From positions 1 to 59,160 of the IMG/VR virus record IMGVR_UViG_3300046504_000185: DNA of 59,160 nt; one strand, written 5' to 3'. Shown one piece after another: positions 47,101 through 56,375 of this stretch (the stretch's first letter is position 1; every line of letters begins with the position of its first letter). Origin of the DNA: a virus. Lineage: Duplodnaviria > Caudoviricetes. Made by a program: the position numbers and the translations under genes. The notes beneath the pieces are model-generated. The model searched no databases. It was not told the DNA's origin and saw nothing but the letters and a program-made list of their open reading frames with translations.

Positions 47101-49285
47101 TGGTTTTGATGAATGGGTTGATGGCGGTCATCATTATGTTGATGCCGATGAAAAGCCTGAAGATCAGAAGTACGCCAAGTTCATACCTGAAGATGAAATA
47201 TGGGTTGATGATGTATTCTTAATTAAACCTAATGATCTTGCTGCAATATTATTGCATGAAAGACTTGAAAGATTTCTCATGAAGTATTATGGTTTGAAAT
47301 ATGAAAATGCGCATACCAATTTTGCTAATCCTGCAGAAGTTATTTTCAGAAAAAAAACAAAAGATGGTTTCGATGCTGATGTAAGTGATAAAATTTACAA
47401 TATATTTGTAAATAAATTTGCGAAGAAGCATAGCATGAAAAAAAAACTTAACGAATCACTAAGTGAAGCACAAATAATGTCATTACAAGACCTGCCATTT
47501 AATAAAGAAATTGAACAACTTGGTGGTAAAATCTATAGTGTAGGTGGTGCAGTTAGGGATGAATTTTTAGGAAAAGAATCTAAAGATTTGGATGTACTCA
47601 TTACAGGTGTTCCTATGGATCAACTTGAACAAGTACTTAGTAAGTATGGTCGTGTAGATGCTGTTGGCAAATCATTTGGAGTATTGAAATTTAAACCAGA
47701 AGGTGCAACAGAACAAATAGATATTGCAATTCCACGTACCGAAAAACCTTCAGGTGCAGGTGGTCATCAAGGTTTTGATGTGACTTCAGATCATGCTTTG
47801 CCAATTGAAAAAGATTTGGAACGTAGGGATTTTACTATTAATGCTATTGCAAGGGATGCCGAAGGTAATCTTGTTGATCCTTTTGGCGGTACGAAAGATT
47901 TAAAAGACAAAATTATTCGCATGGCTAATCCTGAAGCATTTACTGATGATCCTCTGAGAATGTTACGTGCTGTGCAATTCGCAAGTCGTTTCGGATTTAC
48001 GATTGAACCCGTAACTATGAAAATGATTCAAGAAACTGCAGAAAGAATTAAAGAAATTCCTGCTGAAAGAATTCTGACTGAATTAGATAAAATACTTAAT
48101 AAAGGCGACATGCGTGTTGGTGCACAACTATTGAAAGACACGGGTTTATTTCAACAAATTTTTGGATTTGATTTAGAACAATCAACAATTGATCGAACAC
48201 CTTTTGAAAGTATAAAAACAATGGGTGAATTTATATATCTGTTAACTAAATTAGTACCAAATCCATCAGCATTTTATAAAACTAATTTAAGGGGAGATAT
48301 AGATACCTTTAAAGAAATAAAAGCACTTGAAATGGCATTTAGTAATGCTGATATAAGTAATCCGATCATGGCAAGATCAATTGCATCGAACATGTATTTG
48401 ACTTCACCAAAGACTTTGGAAAGTCAAATCATACCTGAAGAAATTAAAACTGCATCACAGGAATTATTAAGTGGCAGATATCCAAAATCAATTAATGATC
48501 TTACAGTAAATGGTAATGATCTTATGGCATTGGGTTTACAAGGCAAAGAGATTGGCGATACACTAAAAACAATGCTTTTAAAAATTTATTCTGATCAAAT
48601 TAAGAATGATAAAAAAGAATTATTATCTTTAGTGCCGAAAAAAACTGATATTAATGAATTATATGATTATCCTAAATTACGTCCGGAAGAAATAGATACT
48701 TGGACTATAAATGGTCAGAAAGTTAAATTAAGTTTTTTCATTGAAAAATATGATATTTGGAATCAAGGAGTAATTCATGATCCTTCAAAACAATCAGTAT
48801 TAAGATTTTTAGAGGATGAATTTCCGGAATTTTTAGAAGATGAACATTTAAAAAAAGAATTACTTTGGGAATTAACTAATAGAGAATTACTTGATGAAGA
48901 TGATATGAGAAGAGTTTTATATAGTGCCGTTGTTCTTGATAGTGGTGCAAGATTCAGATTAGTTGAAAGGTTTAAAAAATATATTCCGGAAAACTATGAA
49001 ATTATTGCGCATCATATGACAATAAATATGGGTAAGATTGATCCCGAATATGAAAAATATTTGGGAATGTCAGTAGAATTAACTGTTGAAGATATTGCAA
49101 TAGACGATAAAGTAGTTGCAGTTGGCGTAAGTGGTTTTGGAACTAAAAATGCCAAAGCACATATTACTTTGGCAGTAAATACACTTGGTGGTGGAAAACC
49201 AAAAGATTCAAATAATTTAGTAAATTGGCAGAAAATAAGACGACCACTATTAATCAGTGGAAAAGTAACTGAAGTAACCAATTAA
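44183..49285 (+). CDS. 1700-aa multi-enzyme polyprotein: two kinase-like domains, GNAT, HExxE metallopeptidase-like, CCA-adding enzyme, 2H phosphoesterase
   Basis: IGSGTGRVVY..ILK..TDYG (~44280-44760); LGGGGFGYAY..VLK..ENVG..FDIG (~45290-45810); IDKNFRGNGYA (~46230-46550); LLHERLER...AH (~47050-47330); VGGAVRD..DLD, RRDFTINAIA, DPLRMLRA (~47490-48630); HHMTI...HITL (~48910-49280). Confidence 0.85.
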   Translation: MTFAEFKETFLPELLKIKSFKGKMDYANQHLQRIGSGTGRVVYDIDDEKILKLAKNPKGIAQNEAEAGAGYYRDTHHIVAVVFDSADDDSWLIAEKAKKVNEKRIIELTGIPSLNDLWMYLKNFHSSNNGRGNIFGLSKDIVEQLNNNEFAQDLQNFVADYSQQPGDYGRPSTYGEVLHDGQPSIVLTDYGLNDEVYDTHYKPKKERMYELYNFADGNDDILGDLPPQDAVDTRQAMWGLMPYSVSDGEGQEVINEKFVSFINNTNKYPTRRILPSTPSLMDEFHNVVNNLNEVLEKVSDKKKFYNNLLELQDYLIRGKFYDREPLQKEMIELDETNTPKLKPMQLDKNYSNGVAEKVAQKLNLGAPQYLGGGGFGYAYLINGNKVLKITTDVSEVDAGLKIKRAKPQALVAVYNIYKIVDAENNTSTYALIEEHIANKPIDEFFKYVSILNEIQPEPNIYGNLMIMLRKKKLDEYQELSQKILTENPNADIPQSDRQKAYNFMMGFLEIKKELMQLQIKSDDYSNLENVGYKDGILTYFDIGGSFNIMQEPQLPPENRIDLPEDGSARFSTVDSIGRDNFPAYNNTDDGSPLTDPNLPVNIFAEDLEYNHVAGDATQDKFQITERKMSYMPGSQAVEVKKKCRLAGLGNTSTACNQGDISNLNFKSIDETADVNIPGKLNGYDSLKIIDGDQVVGEVGIMDRGVQGGNHYIAIDKIFIDKNFRGNGYANDAMNLIFDYADKNNIIVTLTPDNMWGASVPKLKAWYKSIGFVENKGKKKDFQTMQLMYRLPKGRVNEEIDASEAYWDSGVVRTMIQGRKDVGLLASKLYPDLYSIAEKYNFGLIPIKQSDHNLDMNIVYRKTPRGEANAKKLEQIMISHGGYVQDKTPEEAREIGKLLDYSDDSIQQFIDRIYKNAPKAPEYADYQELNEQTIKDFESQIHKDNNTHELDKFHLYDQDDFKVYAVNGEAVRDNGFDEWVDGGHHYVDADEKPEDQKYAKFIPEDEIWVDDVFLIKPNDLAAILLHERLERFLMKYYGLKYENAHTNFANPAEVIFRKKTKDGFDADVSDKIYNIFVNKFAKKHSMKKKLNESLSEAQIMSLQDLPFNKEIEQLGGKIYSVGGAVRDEFLGKESKDLDVLITGVPMDQLEQVLSKYGRVDAVGKSFGVLKFKPEGATEQIDIAIPRTEKPSGAGGHQGFDVTSDHALPIEKDLERRDFTINAIARDAEGNLVDPFGGTKDLKDKIIRMANPEAFTDDPLRMLRAVQFASRFGFTIEPVTMKMIQETAERIKEIPAERILTELDKILNKGDMRVGAQLLKDTGLFQQIFGFDLEQSTIDRTPFESIKTMGEFIYLLTKLVPNPSAFYKTNLRGDIDTFKEIKALEMAFSNADISNPIMARSIASNMYLTSPKTLESQIIPEEIKTASQELLSGRYPKSINDLTVNGNDLMALGLQGKEIGDTLKTMLLKIYSDQIKNDKKELLSLVPKKTDINELYDYPKLRPEEIDTWTINGQKVKLSFFIEKYDIWNQGVIHDPSKQSVLRFLEDEFPEFLEDEHLKKELLWELTNRELLDEDDMRRVLYSAVVLDSGARFRLVERFKKYIPENYEIIAHHMTINMGKIDPEYEKYLGMSVELTVEDIAIDDKVVAVGVSGFGTKNAKAHITLAVNTLGGGKPKDSNNLVNWQKIRRPLLISGKVTEVTN

Positions 49286-49295
49286 ACATATTAAA

Positions 49296-49964
49296 ATGAT
49301 TGAATTTAATAATAATAAATTTAAAATATTTGGTGATTTTCTTGAAGATGTGACATTGGATGAATTGTTGGAAAAAAATTCATTAACATATAATGATAAT
49401 AAGAAAGGAAAAAAAAATAAAAAGTGGGATTTAGTTTCTTTAAAAATCATTTGGTGCGGCATCGATCCCAAAATGGTATTAAGAACAAAATTTGAGGTTA
49501 AAGGGGATTATATTTCAGCAGGAAGTAATAGAGTATGGATTGAAGTGTTTGGGCATGATGGTAATTCAGGATTAAGTACTACTGAAGCAGATTGGTGGAT
49601 AATTATAACCGGATTTGAAAGAATATGGATAAAACCATTTGAAATTTATCGTTTTATTGAAACACATCCAGAGGCACATAATGGACGTGAACCAGAACTT
49701 GGAAGTGGCGATGATTATATTAAGTTTGTATATAAATTAAATAGAAAAATTTTATGTCCATATATTTATAGTTTAAATGATAAGAAAAAAGCATTTATTA
49801 CAATGATTCCAGAAAATAATCCGTTATTTTGGTTTAATTGCTTGCCCTTAAATCCTGATATGAAAAAATGTATTGAGGGAGCATTAATAAGAGCAAAGGA
49901 ACTTGGATATGATGTTTCTAAATATAATGTAGAATACGATGGTAAAGAGATTAGCAGTATTTGA
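49296..49964 (+). CDS. putative PD-(D/E)XK-like nuclease-fold protein
   Basis: WDL...FEVK.D....N.V.IE....SGL.TT.ADWW pattern seen in phage restriction-fold proteins. Confidence 0.45.
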   Translation: MIEFNNNKFKIFGDFLEDVTLDELLEKNSLTYNDNKKGKKNKKWDLVSLKIIWCGIDPKMVLRTKFEVKGDYISAGSNRVWIEVFGHDGNSGLSTTEADWWIIITGFERIWIKPFEIYRFIETHPEAHNGREPELGSGDDYIKFVYKLNRKILCPYIYSLNDKKKAFITMIPENNPLFWFNCLPLNPDMKKCIEGALIRAKELGYDVSKYNVEYDGKEISSI

Positions 49965-50505
49965 TTTTGATGGAACACTTATAGATTCTCCCGAAAAAGA
50001 ACAAGGGAAGGTTCAATGGTCAGAGAAAAAGGGTGAACCATTTAAATATCAGGGATGGTGGGGCAGACCTGAGAGTTTGGACTTGGACGTTTTTGATATT
50101 AAACCATTTTCAAGTGTGTTGAATCAATTAAAAAAAGAAGCATCAACACCAGATACTGTTGTTTTAGTTCTTACTTCAAGAATGGAAAAATTACGTCCGC
50201 AGGTTGAAGCAGTCCTTAATGTTAATCATATTACTGATCTCATTAGTAAAATCGATATGAAACGTGCTGAAGGCAATAAGGGTATAAAAGTATTGCGTTA
50301 TGTTAATGCGTATCCGGATTTGGAAGAAATAAATGTTTATGAAGACCGTGATACGGATATTCAGGCATATGAAGCCATTAGAAATAAAATTCCTGAAGGA
50401 ATAACGTTTAATATTTATCTGGCAGTAAATGGTAAAATATCTTTGCTTGAAGCAGAAAGCAAGTTATTGAATATTATCAACGAAGAAATTCAAAAATTTA
50501 TTTAA
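49939..50505 (+). CDS. HAD-superfamily phosphatase (RNA-repair 'Swiss Army Knife' HAD-like)
   Basis: VFDFDGTL, GWW, LTSR, K and YEDR motifs. Confidence 0.75.
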   Translation: MVKRLAVFDFDGTLIDSPEKEQGKVQWSEKKGEPFKYQGWWGRPESLDLDVFDIKPFSSVLNQLKKEASTPDTVVLVLTSRMEKLRPQVEAVLNVNHITDLISKIDMKRAEGNKGIKVLRYVNAYPDLEEINVYEDRDTDIQAYEAIRNKIPEGITFNIYLAVNGKISLLEAESKLLNIINEEIQKFI

Positions 50506-50530
50506 CCGTATTTATAGTAAAATTTAGACT

Positions 50531-51361
50531 ATGATCGACATGAGACATAAACCATATTTTCTTCCACAAGTTACTGCACCTGCTGATGCGGTTGTAAAAA
50601 AACTTGATGAAGAAGATGTTGATTATGAGTATATGCAGGTCGATCCGAATAAATTAAATGCTTCTCAGGGTTTTACTTTCAGTGATGATGTTGGAAAAGC
50701 AGAAGTTGATGATATGAATCCTATTTGGATTGACAAAGATATGAATGTACTTGATGGTCATCATAGATGGGTAAAGGCGATGCTCGATGGCGTTCCCTTA
50801 AAGGCAGTTCAGATTGACATGAATTCAAAAGATGCTTGTAGATTACTGAACAAAATACAGGATATTTATGAATATGAACAACAGCAACAATTGGAAGAAG
50901 TAGAGGCACAAGATGCAATTAATGCCAATAATGAAAGGAATGGCGGTGTGAGTTATAGTGAATTCCTGAAATCATTGGAAGAAAATAATGCTGCAGTACA
51001 GGCAGAAAAACCAACTAAGAATAGTAAACAGATTATTGGATATCGTAAAGAACCTCTGAAAGAAAATTCGGTTATTGGTAATTTTTTTACACTCAAACCA
51101 ATTGAAGGATTTGATAAATATCAGATTGATTTTGAAAATTTATTGGATACAAATGATTTGGGTGTGGAGTACAAAGATACTCAAAACCCTGTTGATATTA
51201 TTTCTAAGATATGGTTTCCAAATATAAACTTCGAAAAATTAAGTGAACAGTATGATATACCTTCTCTTAATTTAAAAAATAAAGCCATTGCCGAAAGAGC
51301 ACAAACACTTGGTTATGACGGCATTAAATACGGCAATACATTAATTCAAGGACTTAAATAA
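50531..51361 (+). CDS. ParB/Srx-like N-domain + possible degenerate ADP-ribosyltransferase-like C-domain
   Basis: L.ASQ...PIWID....VLDGHHRW; C-terminal GYR...FF...LGYDGIKY. Confidence 0.6.
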   Translation: MIDMRHKPYFLPQVTAPADAVVKKLDEEDVDYEYMQVDPNKLNASQGFTFSDDVGKAEVDDMNPIWIDKDMNVLDGHHRWVKAMLDGVPLKAVQIDMNSKDACRLLNKIQDIYEYEQQQQLEEVEAQDAINANNERNGGVSYSEFLKSLEENNAAVQAEKPTKNSKQIIGYRKEPLKENSVIGNFFTLKPIEGFDKYQIDFENLLDTNDLGVEYKDTQNPVDIISKIWFPNINFEKLSEQYDIPSLNLKNKAIAERAQTLGYDGIKYGNTLIQGLK

Positions 51362-51369
51362 TTTAAATT

Positions 51370-51729
51370 ATGAATACTTATAAAATAACAAATGTGACAA
51401 ATACTGCAGGTAAACGTGATCCAATGTTCAACTCAGTATTAAATATTGATTACGTTGATGCTATGATGAAAAAAACCATAACAATTAAACCAGGCGAAAT
51501 GATATATTTACAAATATCTACATTGCCATTATCAGTTCATAGACTAAGGGTAAAAAAACTAATTAATGTTGTTGAAATCAGTCGAAGTGAATTGAAAAAT
51601 GCTATAGATGCAAGCAACAAACGTAAACTAAATAAAGAAGTTCCTGTTGAAGTAGTAGAAACTGTTGAAGAAGTGAAAACAACACAATCTAAAAGAAAGA
51701 CGAAAAAGGAAACAACTGATGCTGAATAA
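51370..51729 (+). CDS. hypothetical protein
   Basis: 119-aa ORF with Lys/Glu-rich tail. Confidence 0.7.
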   Translation: MNTYKITNVTNTAGKRDPMFNSVLNIDYVDAMMKKTITIKPGEMIYLQISTLPLSVHRLRVKKLINVVEISRSELKNAIDASNKRKLNKEVPVEVVETVEEVKTTQSKRKTKKETTDAE

Positions 51730-51752
51730 TATAATACTATATTGATTCAATG

Positions 51753-51777
51753 AAGCCAACAAATGTTGGCTTTTTTT
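51753..51777 (+). terminator. Rho-independent terminator
   Basis: aagccaaca-aa-tgttggctt plus T tract. Confidence 0.7.
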
Positions 51778-51866
51778 ATAAAAAGTCTTTCATCTTTGCT
51801 GATTTTCAGTTATTTTTACGTATTTATAATTAATTACATTATTTTATAATATTTTATAGACAGAGT

Positions 51867-54302
51867 ATGGACGGAAAAATCAGAATTTTATTCTATAACT
51901 TAGATGGCGCAGGCGTAAACTACTTCAGAACACAAACACCAGCAATGGAACTTGATAGAAATCATGGTAATGAGTTTTACACAGAAATAAATCCACAGAT
52001 AGACTTTAATGATCCCAAAATTGTTGATTATCTTAAAACATTTCACATCATACATTATCACCGTCAATTTCTTGGTGATACAAAACAAATGGTTCAATTA
52101 GCAAATGAACTGCATAAATCCGGCACAATATTAATGGTTGATATTGATGACTATTGGAATCTACATAAAAAACATCCATTTTATAATCTTGCACAAGAAA
52201 AGAAATTACATATACCAATCTTGGAAAACTTGAAAATTGCTGATTATGTTACTACAACTACAGACATATTTGCCGATGAAATTCGTAAGGTAACATTGAA
52301 AGATAACGTAGGTGTATTCTATAACTCAATCAATCCCCAATGGATGAAACAATTTCAAAATAATTGGAAACCAGACCCTGATGGGTTAGTAAGAATAACA
52401 TATATGGCAGGTTCTTGTTATGATGACCAAACTGAAATATTGACAGAAAATGGGTTTAAATTATTTAAAGATTTGAATATGGATGAAAAGGTAGCAACTC
52501 TAAATTCAAGTGGTGAATTAGAGTATCAATTACCTACAGATTATACAAACGAAGAATATTTTGGTGATATGTTTTATGGTAAAAATAAAAACATAGATTT
52601 TGCTGTAACTCCTAACCATAATATGTTTGTTCATAAATCAAAATCACAAAATAGAAGAAAACCATTTAATTTTAATTTAAATAAAATGGAAAATTTAAAT
52701 GGTTATGATTTAACATTTAAGAAAAATTGTAAATGGAATGGCAAAGAAAAGGATTTTTTTACATTAGAAAAATGTAATTCTGTATTTAAAGAATTTAATG
52801 ATATTAATTTTGAAATGGATGATTGGTTGAAATTCTTTGGATATTGGATTGGTGATGGGTGGGCAACGTGTGATGGTAGTAATCAAGTTGGCATTTGTGG
52901 TGTTAAAGAATCATCAATAATAACAATGAAAGAAATTGAAACCATATTGATTAAATATGGATTTAATCCTACTTGGACTAAAGATGGTATTCAATTAAGA
53001 ATATTTAATCAGCAATTATTTAAATATTTAAATCAATTTGGTGGTGCAAATGATAAATTTATTCCAAATGAAATTAAGAATTTATCAAGTAGGCAATTAC
53101 AAATTTTTATTGATTATTATTTAAAAGCAGATGGCACGATTAGAAAAAATGGAAGATTGTCTTGTGATACAATTTCAAAAAATTTAGTTAATGATTTTAG
53201 TGAAATTGCATTAAAATTAGGTACTTGTGTTACGGTTAAAAATAGGGGTATTAGAACATCAATAATGAAAGATGGAAGAATTATTACAGGCAAACATGAT
53301 GGTTATTGTTTAAATTTTTATGGAAAGGGTGTAAAAAGTCAATTAACACCAACAGTTAACGTGAAAGATATTGTAAAAAAAGAATATCGAGGCAATATAT
53401 ATTGCGTAACAGTTCCTAATCATATATTATATATCAGAAGAAACGGTTTTTCGTATTGGTGTGGTAATTCTCACATGGGTGACATGGAACAACTTGATGG
53501 CGTAATGAATGTATTATCAAATGATTTTAGTATAAAAGATAAATTCAAAGTAATCATTGCAGGTTGGGATACTGAGGGTAATACTACTGATATTACATTT
53601 AATCAGGAATTTGGTGAAGAACTTCAGAAGATTGGACTATGGACCATTAATACGGTTAAAATTATTAATAAAACCCGTGGTAATGTAGATATGATACCTA
53701 AATTACCTGAAGCATTGAAAGAGAAATACAGGGGTAAGGTATTCAGCACAAATCAAAGAGATATTAAATCCGAAGAAAGTGTATATTTGATCTATGAAAA
53801 TATGTTAACGGATAATCATCGCATGATTATAAATCCCGATTATATTCAATGGTTAAAAAATTATGAAAGGAATGTCAGTTATCCGGATGAAGGCAACTTT
53901 GCCCGTAGATGGACGCAAAAAGCAAATACATATGCACAAGTATTAGATGAAACTGACATTGTTATTGCACCACTTGCCGATAATCCATTCAATAGAATGA
54001 AGTCAAATTTGAAACAAGTTGAATGTTGGTCAAGAAAACTTCCGATTGTTTGCAATGATATGCCGCCATATAATGTTCATGGCAGACATTTAGAGAATTG
54101 TATATTAATTCCCAATGAAAAAAATGCCAGAAAGTATTGGCAGAAGTATTTAAAGAGACTGATATTAGATGCTGACCTTCGTAAACAACTTGGTGAACAA
54201 CTATATGAGGACTTTAAAGACGAATATAACTTAACGACTGTAACAAAGAAACGTGCGGACTTTTACAGGGCAGCAGTTATGAAAACATTAGCAGTAGTTT
54301 AA
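51867..54302 (+). CDS. GT-B (GT4-like) glycosyltransferase interrupted by an intein
   Basis: GVNYFR...VDIDDYW...ADYVTTTT...N; DIVIAPLADNPFNRMKSNLKQVE...P; extein junction AGS|SH. Confidence 0.85.
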   Translation: MDGKIRILFYNLDGAGVNYFRTQTPAMELDRNHGNEFYTEINPQIDFNDPKIVDYLKTFHIIHYHRQFLGDTKQMVQLANELHKSGTILMVDIDDYWNLHKKHPFYNLAQEKKLHIPILENLKIADYVTTTTDIFADEIRKVTLKDNVGVFYNSINPQWMKQFQNNWKPDPDGLVRITYMAGSCYDDQTEILTENGFKLFKDLNMDEKVATLNSSGELEYQLPTDYTNEEYFGDMFYGKNKNIDFAVTPNHNMFVHKSKSQNRRKPFNFNLNKMENLNGYDLTFKKNCKWNGKEKDFFTLEKCNSVFKEFNDINFEMDDWLKFFGYWIGDGWATCDGSNQVGICGVKESSIITMKEIETILIKYGFNPTWTKDGIQLRIFNQQLFKYLNQFGGANDKFIPNEIKNLSSRQLQIFIDYYLKADGTIRKNGRLSCDTISKNLVNDFSEIALKLGTCVTVKNRGIRTSIMKDGRIITGKHDGYCLNFYGKGVKSQLTPTVNVKDIVKKEYRGNIYCVTVPNHILYIRRNGFSYWCGNSHMGDMEQLDGVMNVLSNDFSIKDKFKVIIAGWDTEGNTTDITFNQEFGEELQKIGLWTINTVKIINKTRGNVDMIPKLPEALKEKYRGKVFSTNQRDIKSEESVYLIYENMLTDNHRMIINPDYIQWLKNYERNVSYPDEGNFARRWTQKANTYAQVLDETDIVIAPLADNPFNRMKSNLKQVECWSRKLPIVCNDMPPYNVHGRHLENCILIPNEKNARKYWQKYLKRLILDADLRKQLGEQLYEDFKDEYNLTTVTKKRADFYRAAVMKTLAVV
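52416..53468 (+). mobile_element. intein with LAGLIDADG homing endonuclease (351 aa)
   Basis: Starts CYDDQTEILTENG; block B VTPNH; LAGLIDADG-like GYWIGDG and YYLKADG; ends YCVTVPNH..YIRRNG...WCGN with +1 Ser. Confidence 0.92.
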
Positions 54303-54313
54303 AAATTAAAACA

Positions 54314-54970
54314 ATGAAATTAGGAAAATTAAAACCAGTTAAACGACCATCGAAATTTCGCAGATGGCTCTCAAATGCAAGTGCATTACTTGCGAGTCGA
54401 TATGTAAAAGATTGCCATCCGGCATTTATGACATATGTTGAAAAAAATAATCTTGCAACTGCATCGATTTGGCAGGATGCATCTGCCAAAAGACTTCGCC
54501 AAATCATGAAAATTCTGAATAGTGATAAATATAAAAAGTTTTTCTATAAAGCAATCAGTTATGATCCAAGCAAAAAAGAATATTTGGTTATAAAAAGAAA
54601 ATGGTATGTTGTGGCATTTGATAAAATTGTTTATCGTTTGTCAAAAGCATATGTATTTGTCTTTGAAAGAGAACTTTATAAAAAAATTAAGTATTTCGAA
54701 AAGGTTTCGTCAGGTGTTGCTGATTTGTCTGCAAGAGTAGATAAGTACATTGCTTCAACCACATTTGAGCAACGTTTATTAAGAATGCGTGAAATAGGAA
54801 TTATTTCGAGACAAAGTTTTCAGGACGATTTTGATATTATTATGAAAAGAATACCAGAAGAAGTGATAGAAGAACGATATAAGAAAGTGCCTGAACAAAC
54901 ATTTGGTTCTCAATGGAATATGCGTAGAAAAATGCCGGATAATATTGTTAAGTTAATTCGTGGAGAATGA
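54314..54970 (+). CDS. hypothetical basic protein
   Basis: 218-aa ORF; TGA overlaps the next ATG. Confidence 0.7.
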   Translation: MKLGKLKPVKRPSKFRRWLSNASALLASRYVKDCHPAFMTYVEKNNLATASIWQDASAKRLRQIMKILNSDKYKKFFYKAISYDPSKKEYLVIKRKWYVVAFDKIVYRLSKAYVFVFERELYKKIKYFEKVSSGVADLSARVDKYIASTTFEQRLLRMREIGIISRQSFQDDFDIIMKRIPEEVIEERYKKVPEQTFGSQWNMRRKMPDNIVKLIRGE

Positions 54971-55890
54971 TAGATTTCCTGAAAAGAATATATTATTGGT
55001 GTTATATTAAGATACATTCTTTTATAATTAATGTTGGTATTACTATAGGTCTTATTCTGTATAGAACAGAAGCAGATTTAAGTGCAGACCCTAATAATTT
55101 ACAGGAAAGAGATAAGCATGAAACAAGAAAATTACATCACAATCCATTACTTGAGAAATTCTATGCAGGTAAAACAGACGAAAAATATGTGAAAGATTAT
55201 TATGAATTATTAAAAAAAGCCGATAAGTTCATGCGTACTGCAACACCACATCAAATGGCAGTTGCAGCAGATAAATACGGCACTTCATATGGCATGAAGG
55301 ATCAATATGGTCGCAGATATGAACATTATGGTTTCTTTGATGAAAAGCATAAACATGCAGGTAAAACATTGGGAGAAGTTTTGGTTTTAGAACTTGATGA
55401 AAGACGTACTAAAGATGATGAATATCCACTACTTTATATCTTTAATAACAAACCCATAGAAGTTGGTTTAGTGAATATTATGGATGTTTTAGAAAAACCC
55501 GAAAAAGAAAATACGGACTTTGAATATCAAGTAGTTGATGTATTCAGAAAATCCAAGCAGTTTACATTTCCGATTAAAGTTGAACGTGAAAATAAAGATT
55601 GTGTCAATAAGATTGAACAACTTACAGAATTTCTGCATGTTAAAAAAATCGGTTTTGAATATCGACAATTAGAGTTTTTTGTTCCATTGAAGTTTAATAC
55701 GTCAGGCGTGACTGACCAATCTGATATTTTTAAAGAAATCACTGATATTAAAGAAGTCTTTATTAATGATGATTATGGTCAAATAAAAGGATTTGGAATC
55801 ATTAAATATATAAAAAGAATAAATTATAACAACACCCATGAGGTATGGAAATTCGAAGGAATTGAAATGGAAAACGTGGGCGTACATTAA
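54967..55890 (+). CDS. hypothetical protein, possible N-terminal membrane anchor
   Basis: Hydrophobic stretch FIINVGITIGLILY. Confidence 0.7.
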   Translation: MIDFLKRIYYWCYIKIHSFIINVGITIGLILYRTEADLSADPNNLQERDKHETRKLHHNPLLEKFYAGKTDEKYVKDYYELLKKADKFMRTATPHQMAVAADKYGTSYGMKDQYGRRYEHYGFFDEKHKHAGKTLGEVLVLELDERRTKDDEYPLLYIFNNKPIEVGLVNIMDVLEKPEKENTDFEYQVVDVFRKSKQFTFPIKVERENKDCVNKIEQLTEFLHVKKIGFEYRQLEFFVPLKFNTSGVTDQSDIFKEITDIKEVFINDDYGQIKGFGIIKYIKRINYNNTHEVWKFEGIEMENVGVH

Positions 55891-55903
55891 AACAACAAAG
55901 ATT

Positions 55904-56341
55904 ATGGCATCACCATTTTTAGAAAACTTAAAGAATGCTGTTGATAAAGGAGACTTTAACTCAGAAGCAGCAAAAAAAATTAAAGCAGTTGATGAACTTG
56001 CAGATACTAAGATAGATTCAGAAGAAAAAATTGATGAACGACTTAAAATAGCAGGCGTTAAAACAGTTTCAGAGGAAGAAGCAGAAGTAATCAATGCAGA
56101 ATATGAGATTAAAATGCAAGAAATCAAAGAAAAAGATTTGGTTTTAAAACAAATAAAAACATTACAGGAAATTGATGAAACAATAAAGTTAAGTGTGGGA
56201 GACTTGAAAGATTTTATTCAAACATTGGAAGAATCTTTTGATAAGGAAAATCCTCTTCATGCTGAATTGTTTACTGAAATTGAAAAAATGAAAAACATAT
56301 ATGATCCTGTTTTAATGGAATACAAACACAAAACAATATAA
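55904..56341 (+). CDS. hypothetical coiled-coil protein; start revised to ATG 55904
   Basis: MASPFLENLK... starts just after the stop of the previous gene. Confidence 0.7.
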   Translation: MASPFLENLKNAVDKGDFNSEAAKKIKAVDELADTKIDSEEKIDERLKIAGVKTVSEEEAEVINAEYEIKMQEIKEKDLVLKQIKTLQEIDETIKLSVGDLKDFIQTLEESFDKENPLHAELFTEIEKMKNIYDPVLMEYKHKTI

Positions 56342-56375
56342 ATTTCTATTATTAACAATTAAAAACAATTAATTT

